From: Eledone cirrhosa
Lineage: Eukaryota
Direction of reading: 5' to 3'
Assembly: GCA_964016885.1 (NCBI GenBank)
Contig: OZ024741.1
Span: 349,990,001-350,054,000, forward strand
DNA: 64,000 nt
Shown: one piece after another, positions 25,946-41,624 of the stretch
Layout: each line of letters starts with the position of its first letter
Numbering within the stretch: the first letter of the stretch is position 1
Translations under genes and position numbers: made by a program
The notes under the pieces: model-generated
The model's database searches: none
What the model saw: only the letters and a program-made list of their open reading frames with translations
Told to the model about the DNA's origin: nothing

Positions 25946-26043
25946 GTATACATATACATTTATATATATATATATGTATACATATGTATGTATTTTACAC
26001 CTACATACATTTGTATATGTATATATATATATATATATATTTG

Positions 26044-26205
<162 letters not shown>

Positions 26206-26871
26206 TATCATTTTTCCACCGTTTCCTTAGATGAACCGATAGAGTATTCGCGAGTAATATATAATTTTCTCAGCTAAAATGAAAATTTATACGAATGTAT
26301 ATATGTGTACCTGTAGATATCTATATGTGTATATGTATATATATGTATATATATGTATATACACATACACATATAAATATGTGTGTGTATGCGTGTGTCT
26401 GTGTGTGTGTGTGCGTGTGTGTGTTTGTGTGTGCCTTTATTCTTCTACTCATATACTGGTTTCAATCATTAAATGGCGGTCATGCTGATGTATCTCTCTC
26501 CCTGGTTTAGTCGATCGTATCGAACGAATACTTGTATCAATACTGTGGTTGGGGGAATATTTCGCTACTATTTCTACCATGGTGAGTACCTTTCTTAGAC
26601 TGTACTTATATAGAATAGGGCGCAAACCAATTCATATAAATAACCACTTAGCATGGTAGCTTGGGTTGATATGTGGCTTAGGAGTGTAGTCTTGTAGCCT
26701 GAAAGTGCGTAGCGGGGTGATGTAACTAGTACCCATCAGGCACTTTCTGTAGAATGTCCTCCCTAGGCTCGACTCACAAATACAACATATGCGTATTAAT
26801 TATTTGTCCCATCAACAAAGTTTATATAAGCCTTAGTTCTTACGAGGTTTACAAATTACATATGTATGTAT

Positions 26872-27190
26872 GTTCTTCTGATTTTATAATTTTATAATTT
26901 TTTACCAATAGAGAGATTCGGTTTCTAACAGACACAAGACTCTCTCATTAGAGTTTAAACAACAACTAGGTAGATATGTATGCATGTCGGTATGTATGTG
27001 TATGCAGGTATGGATGTTGTTGTATGAGTGCATGTGTATGTTTTGAATTATATGTGTGCATGAGCATATGATTTGTATCTGTACATGTGTATATGCAGGT
27101 AATAGATGCAGAATTTTTGGAATATCTTACATAATTTTACTGTTTGTACTTTCCTAACTAGTCGTGTTCTTTTTGTTTCTGCGAAGCCCA
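26872..27190 (-). mobile_element. R4/Dong LINE 3' end fragment
   Basis: Matches 6334-6665 (RLVRK...TVKLCKIFQKFCI) and the TATG junction. Confidence 0.75.
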
Positions 27191-27194
27191 TATA

Positions 27195-27595
27195 TATTTG
27201 TACTGTCGAGGAGGGTGATATTTGACTCAGCAGAGTCAACGGCCATCCAAATAGTACTTTTTATTTCACCTGGGAATGAAAGGCCACCAGTTGTTGCCAC
27301 AACAACTTTCTAAGAGAGGGAAACTTTGAAAAAAAACCTGCAGCTTCGGAAGTATCCGATGATGTTGACCCATTCTCCTTTTCGGGTAGTGTTTTTGATG
27401 CTCAGAGAGTGGAATTGGTTGAGTGCAAGACCTTTCCCCACTTAAAAAACCTTCAAAGCACAGGCATTGCTTGTTCAGGATATGTTACAGGTTCGTGTGG
27501 CTGGCCGTAGGTTAAAAGTGCACCAAACTCTATAACCATTTTCTGTAATCTGACAAGCCATTGCAATACTCTTAGCAGAGTTTGCAACCATCATG
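27195..27595 (+). mobile_element. RTE-derived short element, family E3
   Basis: Shares blocks with family E; second copy at 51718-51965. Confidence 0.6.
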
Positions 27596-27599
27596 TATG

Positions 27600-27708
<109 letters not shown>

Positions 27709-28072
27709 GCGCGGGGACATGGAAATACTCGGTTTGGTGCTCGAGCATGCGGTTAGCCCACCGGGTGTGAGAGACCAGTGGTCCTTATTAAAACATCTCT
27801 CTAGGTTAAGGAAAACGTGTGCTTCCTTTGGGATATCTGTCACCGTTATTCAGAGAGTGGGACTGGTCCAGTGCAAGGCTTTTCTTCACATAAAAAAGCT
27901 TCAATCAGACATCACTTGATCTAAACACCTTTCCGATGTGTTGCATGAGCATAGTTGGCTATAGCTGAGAAAAAGCTATTGTTTTCGTTGCAGCATATAC
28001 AGAAAGGAATGAAAATCCTTGAATGGTTTAAAAAGTCATGTTCGTGCCGTTATGTATGTATGTATGTATTAT

Positions 28073-28647
28073 GTCGGGTCACTTTTGTGTACTACTGGTA
28101 ACATGTAACCCAGTACAACCTGTCGTATGGTCGGGTCGTTGGCGACTAAACCGGCACCGGGGGGTGATTTTGGACACCCAGCATGACAAAAAAAAAACGA
28201 AACCTGACAAAGGGCGGAAGAACTCATAAGAGCCAACGGCCATCCAAAAATGTGTAAATATTTATATACATGTATGCATATGTAGGTATATGCGCGGGGA
28301 CATAGAAATAGTTGGGCTGGACACCCGATCGCGTGGTTAAACCACTGGGAGTGAAGGATCCCTAGCCTTTGTCCAGGCATTCTTCTAGGAGAAGGCAACT
28401 CAGGAAACTGGGATAACTCCGACATAAAACTTGCGGCTCAGCAGTTACCGATGATGTAGATCTTTTCTTCTTTTCAGTTTATAGCTAGTGTCGCTCAGAG
28501 AGTGGGATTGGCTCAGTGCACAGTCTTTCCTCACTTTAAAAAAAATCTTCACGAACAGGCAATGCATGATAGCTTTAATTGATAATTATTAACAATGTTA
28601 TATCGTGCAATGGCCATACTCGATAACGAGGGGGAAGCCATCATCAT
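28073..28647 (+). mobile_element. RTE-derived short element, family E2, full-length
   Basis: 5' end homologous to family E (TACTGGTAACATGTAACCCAGTACAACCTGTC..TGGTCGGGTCGTTGGCGACTAAAC); RTE-like 3' end followed by TATG. Confidence 0.7.
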
Positions 28648-29539
28648 GTATGTGTGTGTGTGTGTGTGTGTGTGTGAAGGTGCGTGGCTTTGTGGTTAGG
28701 GTATTTGGCTCACGATTGTAAGGTCGTGAGATCGATTCCCAGCTGCGTGTTATGTCCTTGAGCATGTATGTATGTAACAAGGATGGATTACAAAGTACAT
28801 AAGCCGACTATGAAGGAGTGATGCTAGAGCTGTGAAATGTTGCAAGCATTAATTTCAACTCTTCATATTAATAACTGCATTGTTTCTTTCCAGGGAATAT
28901 GTTGAAAACTAAACCTCACCTGATCATTCCATTTGAGTATCTTTGTCAGCCCATGAACTTTTCAGCGGAGCCTCATATAATGCAAAGCTCCAGCATTGAA
29001 ATAATGTGTTGTGCTGTTTCTGCTGAAGCTCTGCGGAATACTCTACCACCTACACGCTAAATTAACTACCAGATAGATCAACTTATCGAACAACTGTATG
29101 TCAACGTCGAAATCGACGGAGAATCCCTTGTATTATGTATATATGTATGTATGAATGTCTGCATTTGCGTCCCACAATATTTATATATATATGATATATA
29201 TAAAATAATAATAATGATAATAATAATAATAACAATGCAGGAACGAGGTGTCAATATGTTTATTCACGTGTGACGCGCGTTTCACGTTCGATAAGCTCAA
29301 AGTATGATCGGTATCGATCGGGCCCGACTCTGGAATAGCAACTAAACGTTACACATCAATAAACTATACATATATATATAATTATATAATAAACAACGCA
29401 ATACAATTATTCCATTTACCAAGGGTTTGAGGGAGACAGGCGACCTCAACAGAGATGTCTGAAACGAAAATACTTCATATATATATATATGTGTGTGTGT
29501 GCATGTGTGTGTGGGGGGGGGGGGTATGTGTGTAAAAGG

Positions 29540-30270
29540 TAAACAGAAATAACAACACAATCGGTACAGTATAAGGAAGGTATATATTAGGTTAACGCTT
29601 GATATATCAGGAAGAGGGTCTTAACGTTTCGGACGCTAGTCCTTCATCAGAAGAAAGAATGAGAAATAAGATAGATTAAGGGGACGGGCGGGTTGGAATT
29701 GGAAAAATGTCTTTAGATAAAAATAACAGGTCCATTCATGTTCACATCTCTTGCATATGATTGCATCTCTTGTGTATGATTTATTTTTTAGAAAAGTGGA
29801 TGATGGAGCGCGTCTACCTGAAATGGAAAAAAAAACGTTTTGTAAAAAGAGCTATACTTGTGCACGTGCGTAAGCATGTGTGTGTGTGTGTTATTATACG
29901 AAGCTAAGAAGAAATGTATGTGTATATGTGAGTACGAAGCTAAGAAGAAAAGTGTGTGTATATGTGAGTAAAAGAGTGTGTGTGCATGTAAGTACGAAGC
30001 TATGAGCAAAAGTATGTTAATATAAGGGTGTGTATGTGTGTATACAGAGCAGTGAAGGGAAAAGTGGAGTGAGCATATATAGTCGACCTGTATTAGTTGT
30101 AAGAGAAGATGTTAATGATCAAGAGAAAGCGATAGGAATCTAGGGGTGTGATAATGGACGGGGTATTAAAGAAATTGGGGAGGTGGGTTGAGTCCAATAG
30201 GGGAATAGGACCCAAGGTGGTGAATCAGGCTTTGTTCAGTCCTGATGCGCGAGGCCTGTGATCCAACCAC
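29540..30270 (-). mobile_element. PLE 3' end: GIY-YIG C-terminus and pLTR with minimal hammerhead (29619-29654)
   Basis: SRIRTEQSLIHHLGSYSPIGLN; TCTT CTGATGA A GGAC-TAGC-GTCC GAAA CG TT AAGA. Confidence 0.75.
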
Positions 30271-30479
30271 AAACCCTTCATCACAATTCTACTTTTGAAA
30301 AGCATAAAGGTAAAGGAAACAAATAAATATTCGTAAACAGATTCCAGTTGCATTTTCGATTTCATCTCTTTTCCTTATACTTTCACTCGTGTAGGACATC
30401 TGGGTTTTTTTCATTAAAAAAGACCCCTCTCATTTGCTTATATATATACATATATATATGAAAAAAGGAATTATGAAAA

Positions 30480-30517
30480 AATATTATGATTTGGTAGATC
30501 TACCAAATCATAATATT
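30480..30517. repeat. Perfect 38-bp palindrome
   Basis: AATATTATGATTTGGTAGA|TCTACCAAATCATAATATT. Confidence 0.9.
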
Positions 30518-31047
30518 ATAAAATTAAATTAAATTTAGAACTACAAGTGAAGTCATTCTTTTCTTTTTTTCAAAAATACCTAACTGTACCAAGGATTTCA
30601 TACATTTCCAATATATATATATATATATATATATTACGTAGGGCAATTAGTTAAATAACCCCATTATTCTGGTCTCACTGTTTACGACAGTAAGAATCAA
30701 AGCAAAAGCCCTGATATATGGGGTGGCTGTCTCGTTAACTCAATTGCTGTTCTTGGCATTATTTTTCTATTTGTTATTATGTTTGTCACTGCTATTGTTA
30801 TTGTTGTTGCTGTAGTTATTGTTATTGTTGTTGTTGTTGTTGCTGTTGTTGTTGTTGCTGTTGTTGTTGTTGTTGTTGTTGTCGTTGACTCTGCTGTTGT
30901 CAGTGTTGTCGGTAATATCATAACTGTCACCTGTCAGTTTGCTTTAAGTCATCAAAGTCTTTTGGGTTAAAAATACTGGATGCGTTCTTCTTAACTGTTG
31001 TAATTAGTTCTAGGAAATCAAAGTGAGTTCTCCACACCGTTAACAAC

Positions 31048-34000
31048 AACACAAACAATATCACTAAAAAACAACCACCAACACAAATAACATCACTAAA
31101 AAACAACCACCAACACAAACAACATCACTAAAAAACAACCACCAACAAAAACAACCACCAACACAAACAATATCACTAAAAAACAACCACCAACAGAAAC
31201 AATATCACTAAAAAACAAACACCAACACAAACAATATCACTAAAAAACAACCACCAACACAAACAGTATCACTAAAAAACAAACACCAACACAAACAATA
31301 TCACTAAAAAACAACCACCAACACAAACAATATCACTAAAAAACAACCACCAACACAAACAGTATCACTAAAAAACAAACACCAACACAAACAATATCAC
31401 TAAAAAACAACCACCAACACAAACAATATCACTAAAAAAGAACCACCAACACAAACAATATCACTAAAAAAACCCACCAACACAAACAACATCACTAAAA
31501 AACAACCACCAACACAAACAACATCACTAAAAAACAGCCACCAACACAAACAATATCACTAAAAAACAACCACCAACACAAACAATATCACTAAAAAACA
31601 ACCACCAACACAAACAACATCACTAAAAAACAACCACCAACACAAACAACATCACTAAAAAACAGCCACCAACACAAACAATATCACTAAAAAACAACCA
31701 CCAACACAAACAATATCACTAAAAAACAACCACCAACACAAACAATATCACTAAAAAACAACCACCAACACAAACAATATCACTAAAAAACAACCACCAA
31801 CACAAACAACATCACTAAAAAACAGCCACCAACACAAACAATATCGCTAAAAAACAACCACCAACACAAACAATATCACTAAAAAAAAACCACCAACACA
31901 AACAACATCACTAAAAAACAGCCACCAACACAAACAATATCACTAAAAAACAGCCACCAACACAAACAATATCACTAAAAAACAACCACCAACACAAACA
32001 ATATCACTAAAAAACAACCACCAACACAAACAACATCACTAAAAAACAACCACCAACACAAACAACATCACTAAAAAAACAACCACCAACACAAACAACA
32101 TCACTAAAAAACAACCACCAACACAAACAACATCACTAAAGAACAACCACCAACACAAACAATATCACTAAAAAACAACCACCAACACAAACAATATCAC
32201 TAAAAAACAACCACCAACACAAACAACATCACTAAAAAACAACCACCAACACAAACAATATCACTAAAAAACAACCACCAACACAAACAACATCACTAAA
32301 AAACAACCACCACCACAAACAACATCACTAAAAAACAACCACCAACACAAACAACATCACTAAAAAACAACCACCAACACAAACAATATCACTAAAAAAT
32401 AACCACCAACACAAACAACATCACTAAAAAACAACCACCAACACAAACAACATCACTAAAAAACAACCACCAACACAAACAATATCACTAAAAAACAACC
32501 ACCAACACAAACAATATCACTAAAAAACAACCACCAACACAAACAATATCACTAAAAAACAACCACCAACACAAACAACATCACTAAAAAACAACCACCA
32601 ACACAAACAATATCACTAAAAAATAACGACCAACACAAGCAACATCACTAAAAAACAACCACCAACACAAACAATATAACTAAAAAACAACCACCAACAC
32701 AAACAATATCACTAAAAAACAACCACCAACACAAACAATATCACTAAAAAACAACCACCAACACAAACAATATCACTAAAAAACAACCACCAACACAAAC
32801 AATATCACTAAAAAACAACCACCGACACGAACAACATCACTAAAAAACAACCACCAACACAAACAATATCACTAAAAAACAACCACCAACACAAACAATA
32901 TCACTAAAAAAAGAACCACCAACACAAACAATATCACTAAAAAACAAACACCAACACAAACAACATCACTAAAAAACAACCACCAACACAAACAACATCA
33001 CTAAAAAACAACCACCAACACAAACAATATCACTAAAAAACAACCACCAACACAAACAACATCACTAAAAAACAACCACCAACACAAACAATATCACTAA
33101 AAAACAACCACCAACACAAACAATATCACTAAAAAACAACCACCAACACAAACAACATCACTAAAAAACAACCACCAACACAAACAATATCACTAAAAAA
33201 CAACCAACAACACAAACAACATCACTAAAAAACAACCACCAACACAAACAACATCACTAAAAAACAGCCACCAACACAAACAATATCACTAAAAAACAAC
33301 CACCAACACAAACAATATCACTAAAAAACAACCACCAACACAAACAATATCACTAAAAAACAACCACCAACACAAACAATATCACTAAAAAACAACCACC
33401 AACACAAACAACATCACTAAAAAACAGCCACCAACACAAACAATATCACTAAAAAACAACCACCAACACAAACAACATCACTAAAAAACAACCACCAACA
33501 CAAACAACATCACTAAAAAACAACCACCAACACAAACAACATCACTAAAAAACAACCACCAACACAAACAACATCACTAAAAAACAACCACCAACACAAA
33601 CAATATCACTAAAAAATAACGACCAACACAAGCAACATCACTAAAAAAGAACCACCAACACAAACAATATCACTAAAAAATAACGACCAACACAAGCAAC
33701 ATCACTAAAAAACAACCACCAACACAAACAATATAACTAAAAAACAACCACCAACACAAACAATATCACTAAAAAACAACCACCAACACAAACAATATCA
33801 CTAAAAAACAACCACCAACACAAACAATATCACTAAAAAACAACCACCAACACAAACAATATCACTAAAAAACAACCACCGACACGAACAACATCACTAA
33901 AAAACAACCACCAACACAAACAATATCACTAAAAAACAACCACCAACACAAACAATATCACTAAAAAAAGAACCACCAACACAAACAATATCACTAAAAA

Positions 34001-36741
34001 ACAAACACCAACACAAACAACATCACTAAAAAACAACCACCAACACAAACAACATCACTAAAAAACAACCACCAACACAAACAATATCACTAAAAAACAA
34101 CCACCAACACAAACAACATCACTAAAAAACAACCACCAACACAAACAATATCACTAAAAAACAACCACCAACACAAACAATATCACTAAAAAACAACCAC
34201 CAACACAAACAATATCACTAAAAAACAACCACCAACACAAACAATATCACTAAAAAACAACCACTAACACAAACAATATCACTAAAAAACAACCACCAAC
34301 ACAAACAACCTCACTAAAAAACAGCCACCAACACAAACAATATCACTAAAAAACAACCACCAACACAAACAATATCACTAAAAAACAACCACCAACACAA
34401 ACAATATCACTAAAAAACAACCACCAACACAAACAATATCACTAAAAAACAACCACCAACACAAACAATATCACTAAAAAACAACCACCAACACAAACAA
34501 CCTCACTAAAAAACAGCCACCAACACAAACAATATCACTAAAAAACAACCACCAACACAAACAACATCACTAAAAAACAACCACCAACACAAACAATATC
34601 ACTAAAAAACAACCACCAACACAAACAACATCACTAAAAAACAACCACCAACACAAACAACATCACTAAAAAACAACCACCAACACAAACAACATCACTA
34701 AAAAACAACCACCAACACAAACAACATCACTAAAAAACAACCACCAACACAAACAACATCACTAAAAAACAACCACCAACACAAACAACATCACTAAAAA
34801 ACAACCACCAACACAAACAACATCACTAAAAAACAACCACCAACACAAACAATATCACTAAAAAACAACCACCAACACAAACAATATCACTAAAAAACAA
34901 CCACCAACACAAACAACCACCAACACAAACAACATCACTAAAAAACAACCACCAACACAAACAATATCACTAAAAAATAACCACCAACACAAACAACATC
35001 ACTAAAAAACAACCACCAACACAAACAATATCACTAAAAAACAACCACCAACACAAACAGTATCACTAAAAAACAACCACCAACACAAACAATATCACTA
35101 AAAAACAACCACCAACACAAACAACATCACTAAAAACAACCACCAACACAAACAATATCACTAAAAAATAACGACCAACACAAGCAACATCACTAAAAAA
35201 CAACCACGAACACAAACAATATCACTAAAAAACAACCACCAACACAAACAATATCACTAAAAAACAACCACCAACACAAACAATATCACTAAAAAACAAC
35301 CACCAACACAAACAATATCACTAAAAAACAACCACCAACACAAACAATATCACTAAAAGACAACCACCGACACGAACAACATCACTAAAAAACAACCACC
35401 AACACAAACAATATCACTATAAAACAACCACCAACACAAACAATATCACTAAAAAACAACCACCAACACAAACAATATCACTAAAAAACAAACACCAACA
35501 CAAACAACATCACTAAAAAACAACCACCAACACAAACAAAATCACTAAAAAACAACCACCAACACAAACAACATCACTAAAAAACAACCACCAACACAAA
35601 CAACATCACTAAAAAACAACCACCAACACAAACAACATCACTAAAAAACAACCACCAACACAAACAACATCACTAAAAAACAACCACCAACACAAACAAC
35701 ATCACTAAAAAACAACCACCAACACAAACAATATCACTAAAAAACAACCACCAACACAAACAATATCACTAAAAAACAACCACCAACACAAACAACCACC
35801 AACACAAACAACATCACTAAAAAACAACCACCAACACAAACAATATCACTAAAAAATAACCACCAACACAAACAACATCACTAAAAAACAACCACCAACA
35901 CAAACAACATCACTAAAAAACAACCAGCGACACAAACAATATCACTAAAAAACAACCACCGACACAAACAATATCACTAAAAAACAACCACCAACACAAA
36001 CAATATCACTAAAAAACAACCACCAACACAAACAATATCACTAAAAAACAACCACCAACACGAACAACATCACTAAAAAACAACCACCAACACAAACAAT
36101 ATCACTAAAAAATAACGACCAACACAAGCAACATCACTAAAAAACAACCACCAACACAAACAACATCACTAAAAAATAACCACCAACACAAACAATATCA
36201 CTAAAAAACAAACACCAACACAAACAATATCACTAAAAAACAACCACCAACACAAACAACATCACTAAAAAATAACCACCAACACAAACAACATCACTAA
36301 AAAACAACCACCAACACAAACAACATCACTAAAAAATAACCACCAACACAAACAACATCACTAAAAAACAACCACCAACACAAACAACATCACTAAAAAA
36401 TAACCACCAACACAAACAATATCACTAAAAAACAACCACCAACACAAACAATATCACTAAAAAACAACCACCAACACAAACAATATCACTAAAAAACAAC
36501 CACCAACACCAAACAATATCACTAAAAAACAACCACCAACACAAACAATATCACTAAAAAACAACCATCAACACAAACAATATCACTAAAAAACAACCAC
36601 CAACACAAACAATATCACTAAAAAACAACCACCAACACAAACAATATCACTAAAAAACAACCACCAACACAAACAATATCACTAAAAAACAACCACCAAC
36701 ACAAACAATATCACTAAAAAACAACCACCAACACAAACAAT
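31048..36741. repeat. 32-bp tandem satellite (~178 copies), consensus CAACACAAACAAYATCACTAAAAAACAACCAC
   Basis: Period measured from TCACT at 31301 and 31333; the plus strand is almost G-free. Confidence 0.97.
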
Positions 36742-37019
36742 AACGACAATGTAACAGTAACAACAACAACAATAGGAGACCAACAAAAGAAACAATATCA
36801 ATAAGAAACATAAGTCAAATGATATAAACAACAATAACAACAACAGCAGGAACTGAAAAAAAATAACAACGCCAACTACCAATTACAACACCAACTACAA
36901 CAACAACACAAACGACAACAACAATAACAGCAGCAATGAATATACGTAAAATGTAAAGTACAATCTGCAACCGTAACAAGTGCAATATTGGAATTGCAAC
37001 TGCAACATAAACAAAGAAT

Positions 37020-37465
37020 AATGGTTTCTAATTCAGGAACAAGGTTGACAATTTTGGAGGTGGAAAATGTCGATTAAATCGACCCCAGTGTATTACTGGT
37101 ACTTTATTTTTTCACCCCGTAAGGACGAAAGGCAAAGCTAACCTAGACGGGATTTGAACTCAGAGCATAAAGGACCGAAACTCTATGCTGCAAAGCATGT
37201 TGTCCGACGCTCTACCGATACTGCCAATACACCGCCCTTGATATTGATTTTTAATTTAGGCACAAGGCCACCAAATTTGGGACAAGAGAAAACTTGATTA
37301 AATCAACCCCAGTATTTAACCGGTACTTTATTTTATCGACTACAGATAGATGAAAGGCTTAGTTAACACCAGTGGGATTTGAACACAGAATGTAAAGAAC
37401 CAGAACAAATACTACTATGTCATTTTGTTCAACGTCCTACCAATTCTACCAATCTACGCCTAATA
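37020..37465 (-). mobile_element. Two tandem CORE-type SINE copies
   Basis: Same unit as the 2310 cluster. Confidence 0.78.
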
Positions 37466-38029
37466 ACTTAAACAATAATAAAAACAGCAGCCCTACCTTC
37501 ACGTGATGTGAGTTGGAAATATTCCAGAGGACTAACACTTTGAGAAGGAAGGATTTGGTATGTGATTAGTGTGTGGCCTGCGTGAGAACACAGTGTCGGT
37601 GACAAAGGAAGTGGTGAATGTGTCGGGTGGACTTGGTTGAAAGTAGTGTACAACAAGCTAGCTTCGAGAAGAGGCCGTTTTAATAGCAGTAGAAAAGATA
37701 GATCAAAGGGCCAATATGATTGTGGACCAGAGTTTTAAGTATATTTGGTATGTGACTTCATACCAATGAGCCGATTGACTTACTATTTTTGGTATGCCCT
37801 AGGATATAAGTATGTGTAGCAACAACACCGTCAATGATGTAGGAGAAATATTACAACGATGGACTTCCGACCCCATATTTCATAAGGGTCGCTACTTACA
37901 CAGACAACAAAAATGAAACAATTAAAGCAACAAATGTAGAATTCTGTAGGTTTCGACGACGAGTTGTTCGAACCACGAAACAGATTGTTCCAGAAATTAA
38001 CATGCAAGTGACTAAGTATTACATAGACA

Positions 38030-38236
38030 CGGGTACGATTTGTGTAGTTCTCAGGGTGATTCAGTGTGACATAGTGGGACAAGGCTGGTCTTCTGAATCA
38101 CAGGTACAACTCATTTTTGTCACTTGAGTGAATTGGAGAAAATCTAAATAAAATGTCTTGCTCAAGAGCACAATGCCCCGCCAGGCCTTACTGTCATGAG
38201 CAGAACACCATAACTACTTAGCCACACACCTTCAAA
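38030..38236 (-). mobile_element. tRNA-derived SINE (different core)
   Basis: Minus strand begins TGAAGGTGTGTGGCTAAGTAGTTA...CTTGAGCAAGACATTTTATTT. Confidence 0.55.
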
Positions 38237-38554
38237 CTGAAGCAGTAACAACAATAACAAGAACCTTTGTCGAACCCAGAATGTAGTAACTACACAGTCG
38301 CTCGATCTACTAGAAATCGCAACCAAATCTTCGAATCCTATGCTGTAGCCTTGAATAAAGCAAATTACACCGAATTATCTGGTCCTAGATATAGTGCACC
38401 TGAAGATGACGGATGGAGCGCTTTTGATCTTAGGCTGCTTGATCATGTCAAAGCTGGAACTAATTTTGGGAGAGGAGAAAGTCAATTAAATCAGACCCAG
38501 TATTTTATTGATATTTATCGACCTTGAATTAATGCCTAACCTAAAGGACTGTTG

Positions 38555-38882
38555 GCCCTTGCCATTCTGAGTTCAAATCCCGCCGAGGTTAACTTTGCCT
38601 TTCATCCTTACGGGGTCGATAAAATAAAGTACCAGTAGTGCACTGATAATTGCTGGCCTTGTGCCAAAAGTAGAAACGATTATTACCAGGTAGTGGATTG
38701 GCAGTATCGGTAGAGGGTCGGACACCATCCTTTGTAGCATAGAGTTACGGCCCTTTACAGTCTGAGTTCAAATCCCGCCGAGGTTAACTTTGCATTTCAT
38801 CCTTACGGGGTCGATAAAATAAAGTACCAGTAATGCACTGGGTAATTGCTGGCCTTGTGCCAAAAGTAGAAACAATTATTAC
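38555..38882 (+). mobile_element. Two tandem CORE-type SINE copies
   Basis: Same unit. Confidence 0.8.
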
Positions 38883-39258
38883 CAATCTACTGCCCTAAAG
38901 AAAGTAATAAGGTGAAGTAGAGGGAATTCAAACCCAATACTGAACTGGTATTTTATTTATCGACCTCAAAGGGATGAGAATCAAAATTGGCCTCGCAATA
39001 AGCCAGGAGCCTTTAACTCCGAGTCATTAAACCGATGGCCCTAACAACTCTGCCATTTCACAGCCAGCAAGGGCTACCTAGAAACTAGAAACTTAATACA
39101 ATAACGACGATAGTAACGATTGTAGAAGAATCAATGTTGTCTTTTCACAAACCAGTAAACCAATGTTCATAGTTTAGAGATAGATGAATCTGAAATAACT
39201 TCAGTGTCTTACAGAATTCGAGAGTGGAAAGTTTGTTGGTTTCTTCTCTCTCTCTCTT

Positions 39259-39336
<78 letters not shown>

Positions 39337-39411
39337 TCCCTCTCTCTCTCACTCTCTCTCTCTCTCTCTCAGTCTAACTCTCACCTCTCTCGCTCTCACG
39401 CATATATATAC

Positions 39412-39455
<44 letters not shown>

Positions 39456-39489
39456 ATGTGTGTGTGTGTGTGTGTCCTAAGTGGCTGAC

Positions 39490-39705
39490 TGAATACGCAT
39501 GTGTGTTTTTTTTCTCATTTGTTTTTCGTTCCTTCCTCTTCTAAATCTTTACCTTTCTATTTCATCTTTTATTCCTCCTTATGTCTTCTGATGAAGAACT
39601 AGTGTCCGAAACGTAAACAACTTTTTTCTATTATTTCAAGCGTTAAACTAGTAAATTTCTTCATTGTACTGTGTCGTTCGATTTGTTATATCTCTTTATT
39701 TTTAC
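39490..39705 (+). mobile_element. PLE pLTR with degenerate minimal hammerhead (39588)
   Basis: CTGATGAAGAACTAGTGTCCGAAACGTA; downstream TTCAAGCGTTAAACTA is shared with family C pLTRs. Confidence 0.65.
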
Positions 39706-39752
39706 ATACATATATACACACGCTCACACACACATATATACATATGTATATG

Positions 39753-39880
<128 letters not shown>

Positions 39881-39921
39881 CATATATATATATGTATATA
39901 TAATATACATATATATGTATG

Positions 39922-39953
<32 letters not shown>

Positions 39954-40022
39954 CATACATACATACATACATACATACATACATACATACATACATACAT
40001 ACATACATACATACATACATAC

Positions 40023-40053
<31 letters not shown>

Positions 40054-40066
40054 CATACATACATAC

Positions 40067-40097
<31 letters not shown>

Positions 40098-40548
40098 CTT
40101 ACATACATACATACTTACATACATACATACTTACATACATACATACTTACATACATACATACTTACATACATACATACTTACATACATACATACTTACAT
40201 ACATACATACTTACATACATACATACTTACTTACATACATACATATCATTCATGGTTTTCAAAATTAAGGAAGGGTTAGGAATTGCCAGGAATATCCTTT
40301 TTCCTTTTGTATAATAATGCCTGCAGATAAAAAGAAGGTCAGTGTTTGACCCTTCATCTTTCTAAATTCATATGAAGGTAACAGTGCAGGTGTATTGTGT
40401 TTCTGAAAGCTAGTATCATCTTCAAACTGTCAAGAAGTGGTCCCATCAAGAGAAGATGCATCACTTCAGTAACTCCGCCTTTGTTTCAGGTCACCTACGG
40501 TGGAGCTGACCTTTGTGACAGTATGTATGTTTGACATATGTATCCATA

Positions 40549-40628
<80 letters not shown>

Positions 40629-40699
40629 TACATATGTCAAACATACATATATTTTTGTGTATATATATATATATATGCACAAAAATATACATATATAAT

Positions 40700-40733
<34 letters not shown>

Positions 40734-40757
40734 CAAAAAAATATAGATACATATATA

Positions 40758-40803
<46 letters not shown>

Positions 40804-40808
40804 GTATA

Positions 40809-40990
<182 letters not shown>

Positions 40991-41059
40991 TATGTATGTA
41001 TATATATATATGTATATATATATAAAACTTTGAAAACTTTGAAATGTTTTGGCCAGTAT

Positions 41060-41520
41060 TGGCCCAGGCCATGTCTAACTTAATAGCACCACCTGGCGAA
41101 GTCTTTCAATTCAGGATTTGGGCACCATGGCCCATTCGAGAAGAGAATTACTGTTTGCGGAGACATATCCGGGTGTGGGTGGTTTGTCCGGGATTACTTG
41201 GAGGAATTTGTCCAAAGACTTCTTGAATTTTGTGTGGTCAGTTTCTGTTTTGACGTGTCCTGGTGTGATGTTGAAGAGAGCAGGGCCGATTGAGGTGAAA
41301 TAATTGTGCCGTATTGTTGTTATGAGTTGCGATTTAGATTTTTGAATGGGACGGATAGCACGGGGCCCAAGCCTTGGGTGTATCTTGAAGGCGATGCCAA
41401 CATCATTTGGGCAGTGATGATGGAACATTTTCCACATCATGCAGATAATATAACGCTCACGGCGACGTTGGAGTGAGTAAAGTTTCAGGTTTTCCAATCG
41501 ACCCCAGTAGTCAAGGTCTG
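41060..41520 (-). mobile_element. CR1-like LINE 3' end
   Basis: LDYWGRLENLKLYSLQRRRERY...FTSIGPALFNITP...FKKSLDKFLQVIPDKP. Confidence 0.8.
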
Positions 41521-41616
<96 letters not shown>

Positions 41617-41624
41617 ATATATAT

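Noticed and set aside
28920-29049. Possible minus-strand host exon (TAG|...CAG|GTGAGG)
   Set aside because: All three frames contain a stop, the polypyrimidine tract is weak, and there are no partner exons.
31048-36741. Telomeric array
   Set aside because: The unit is 32 bp with no CCCTAA repeat, and the array is internal.
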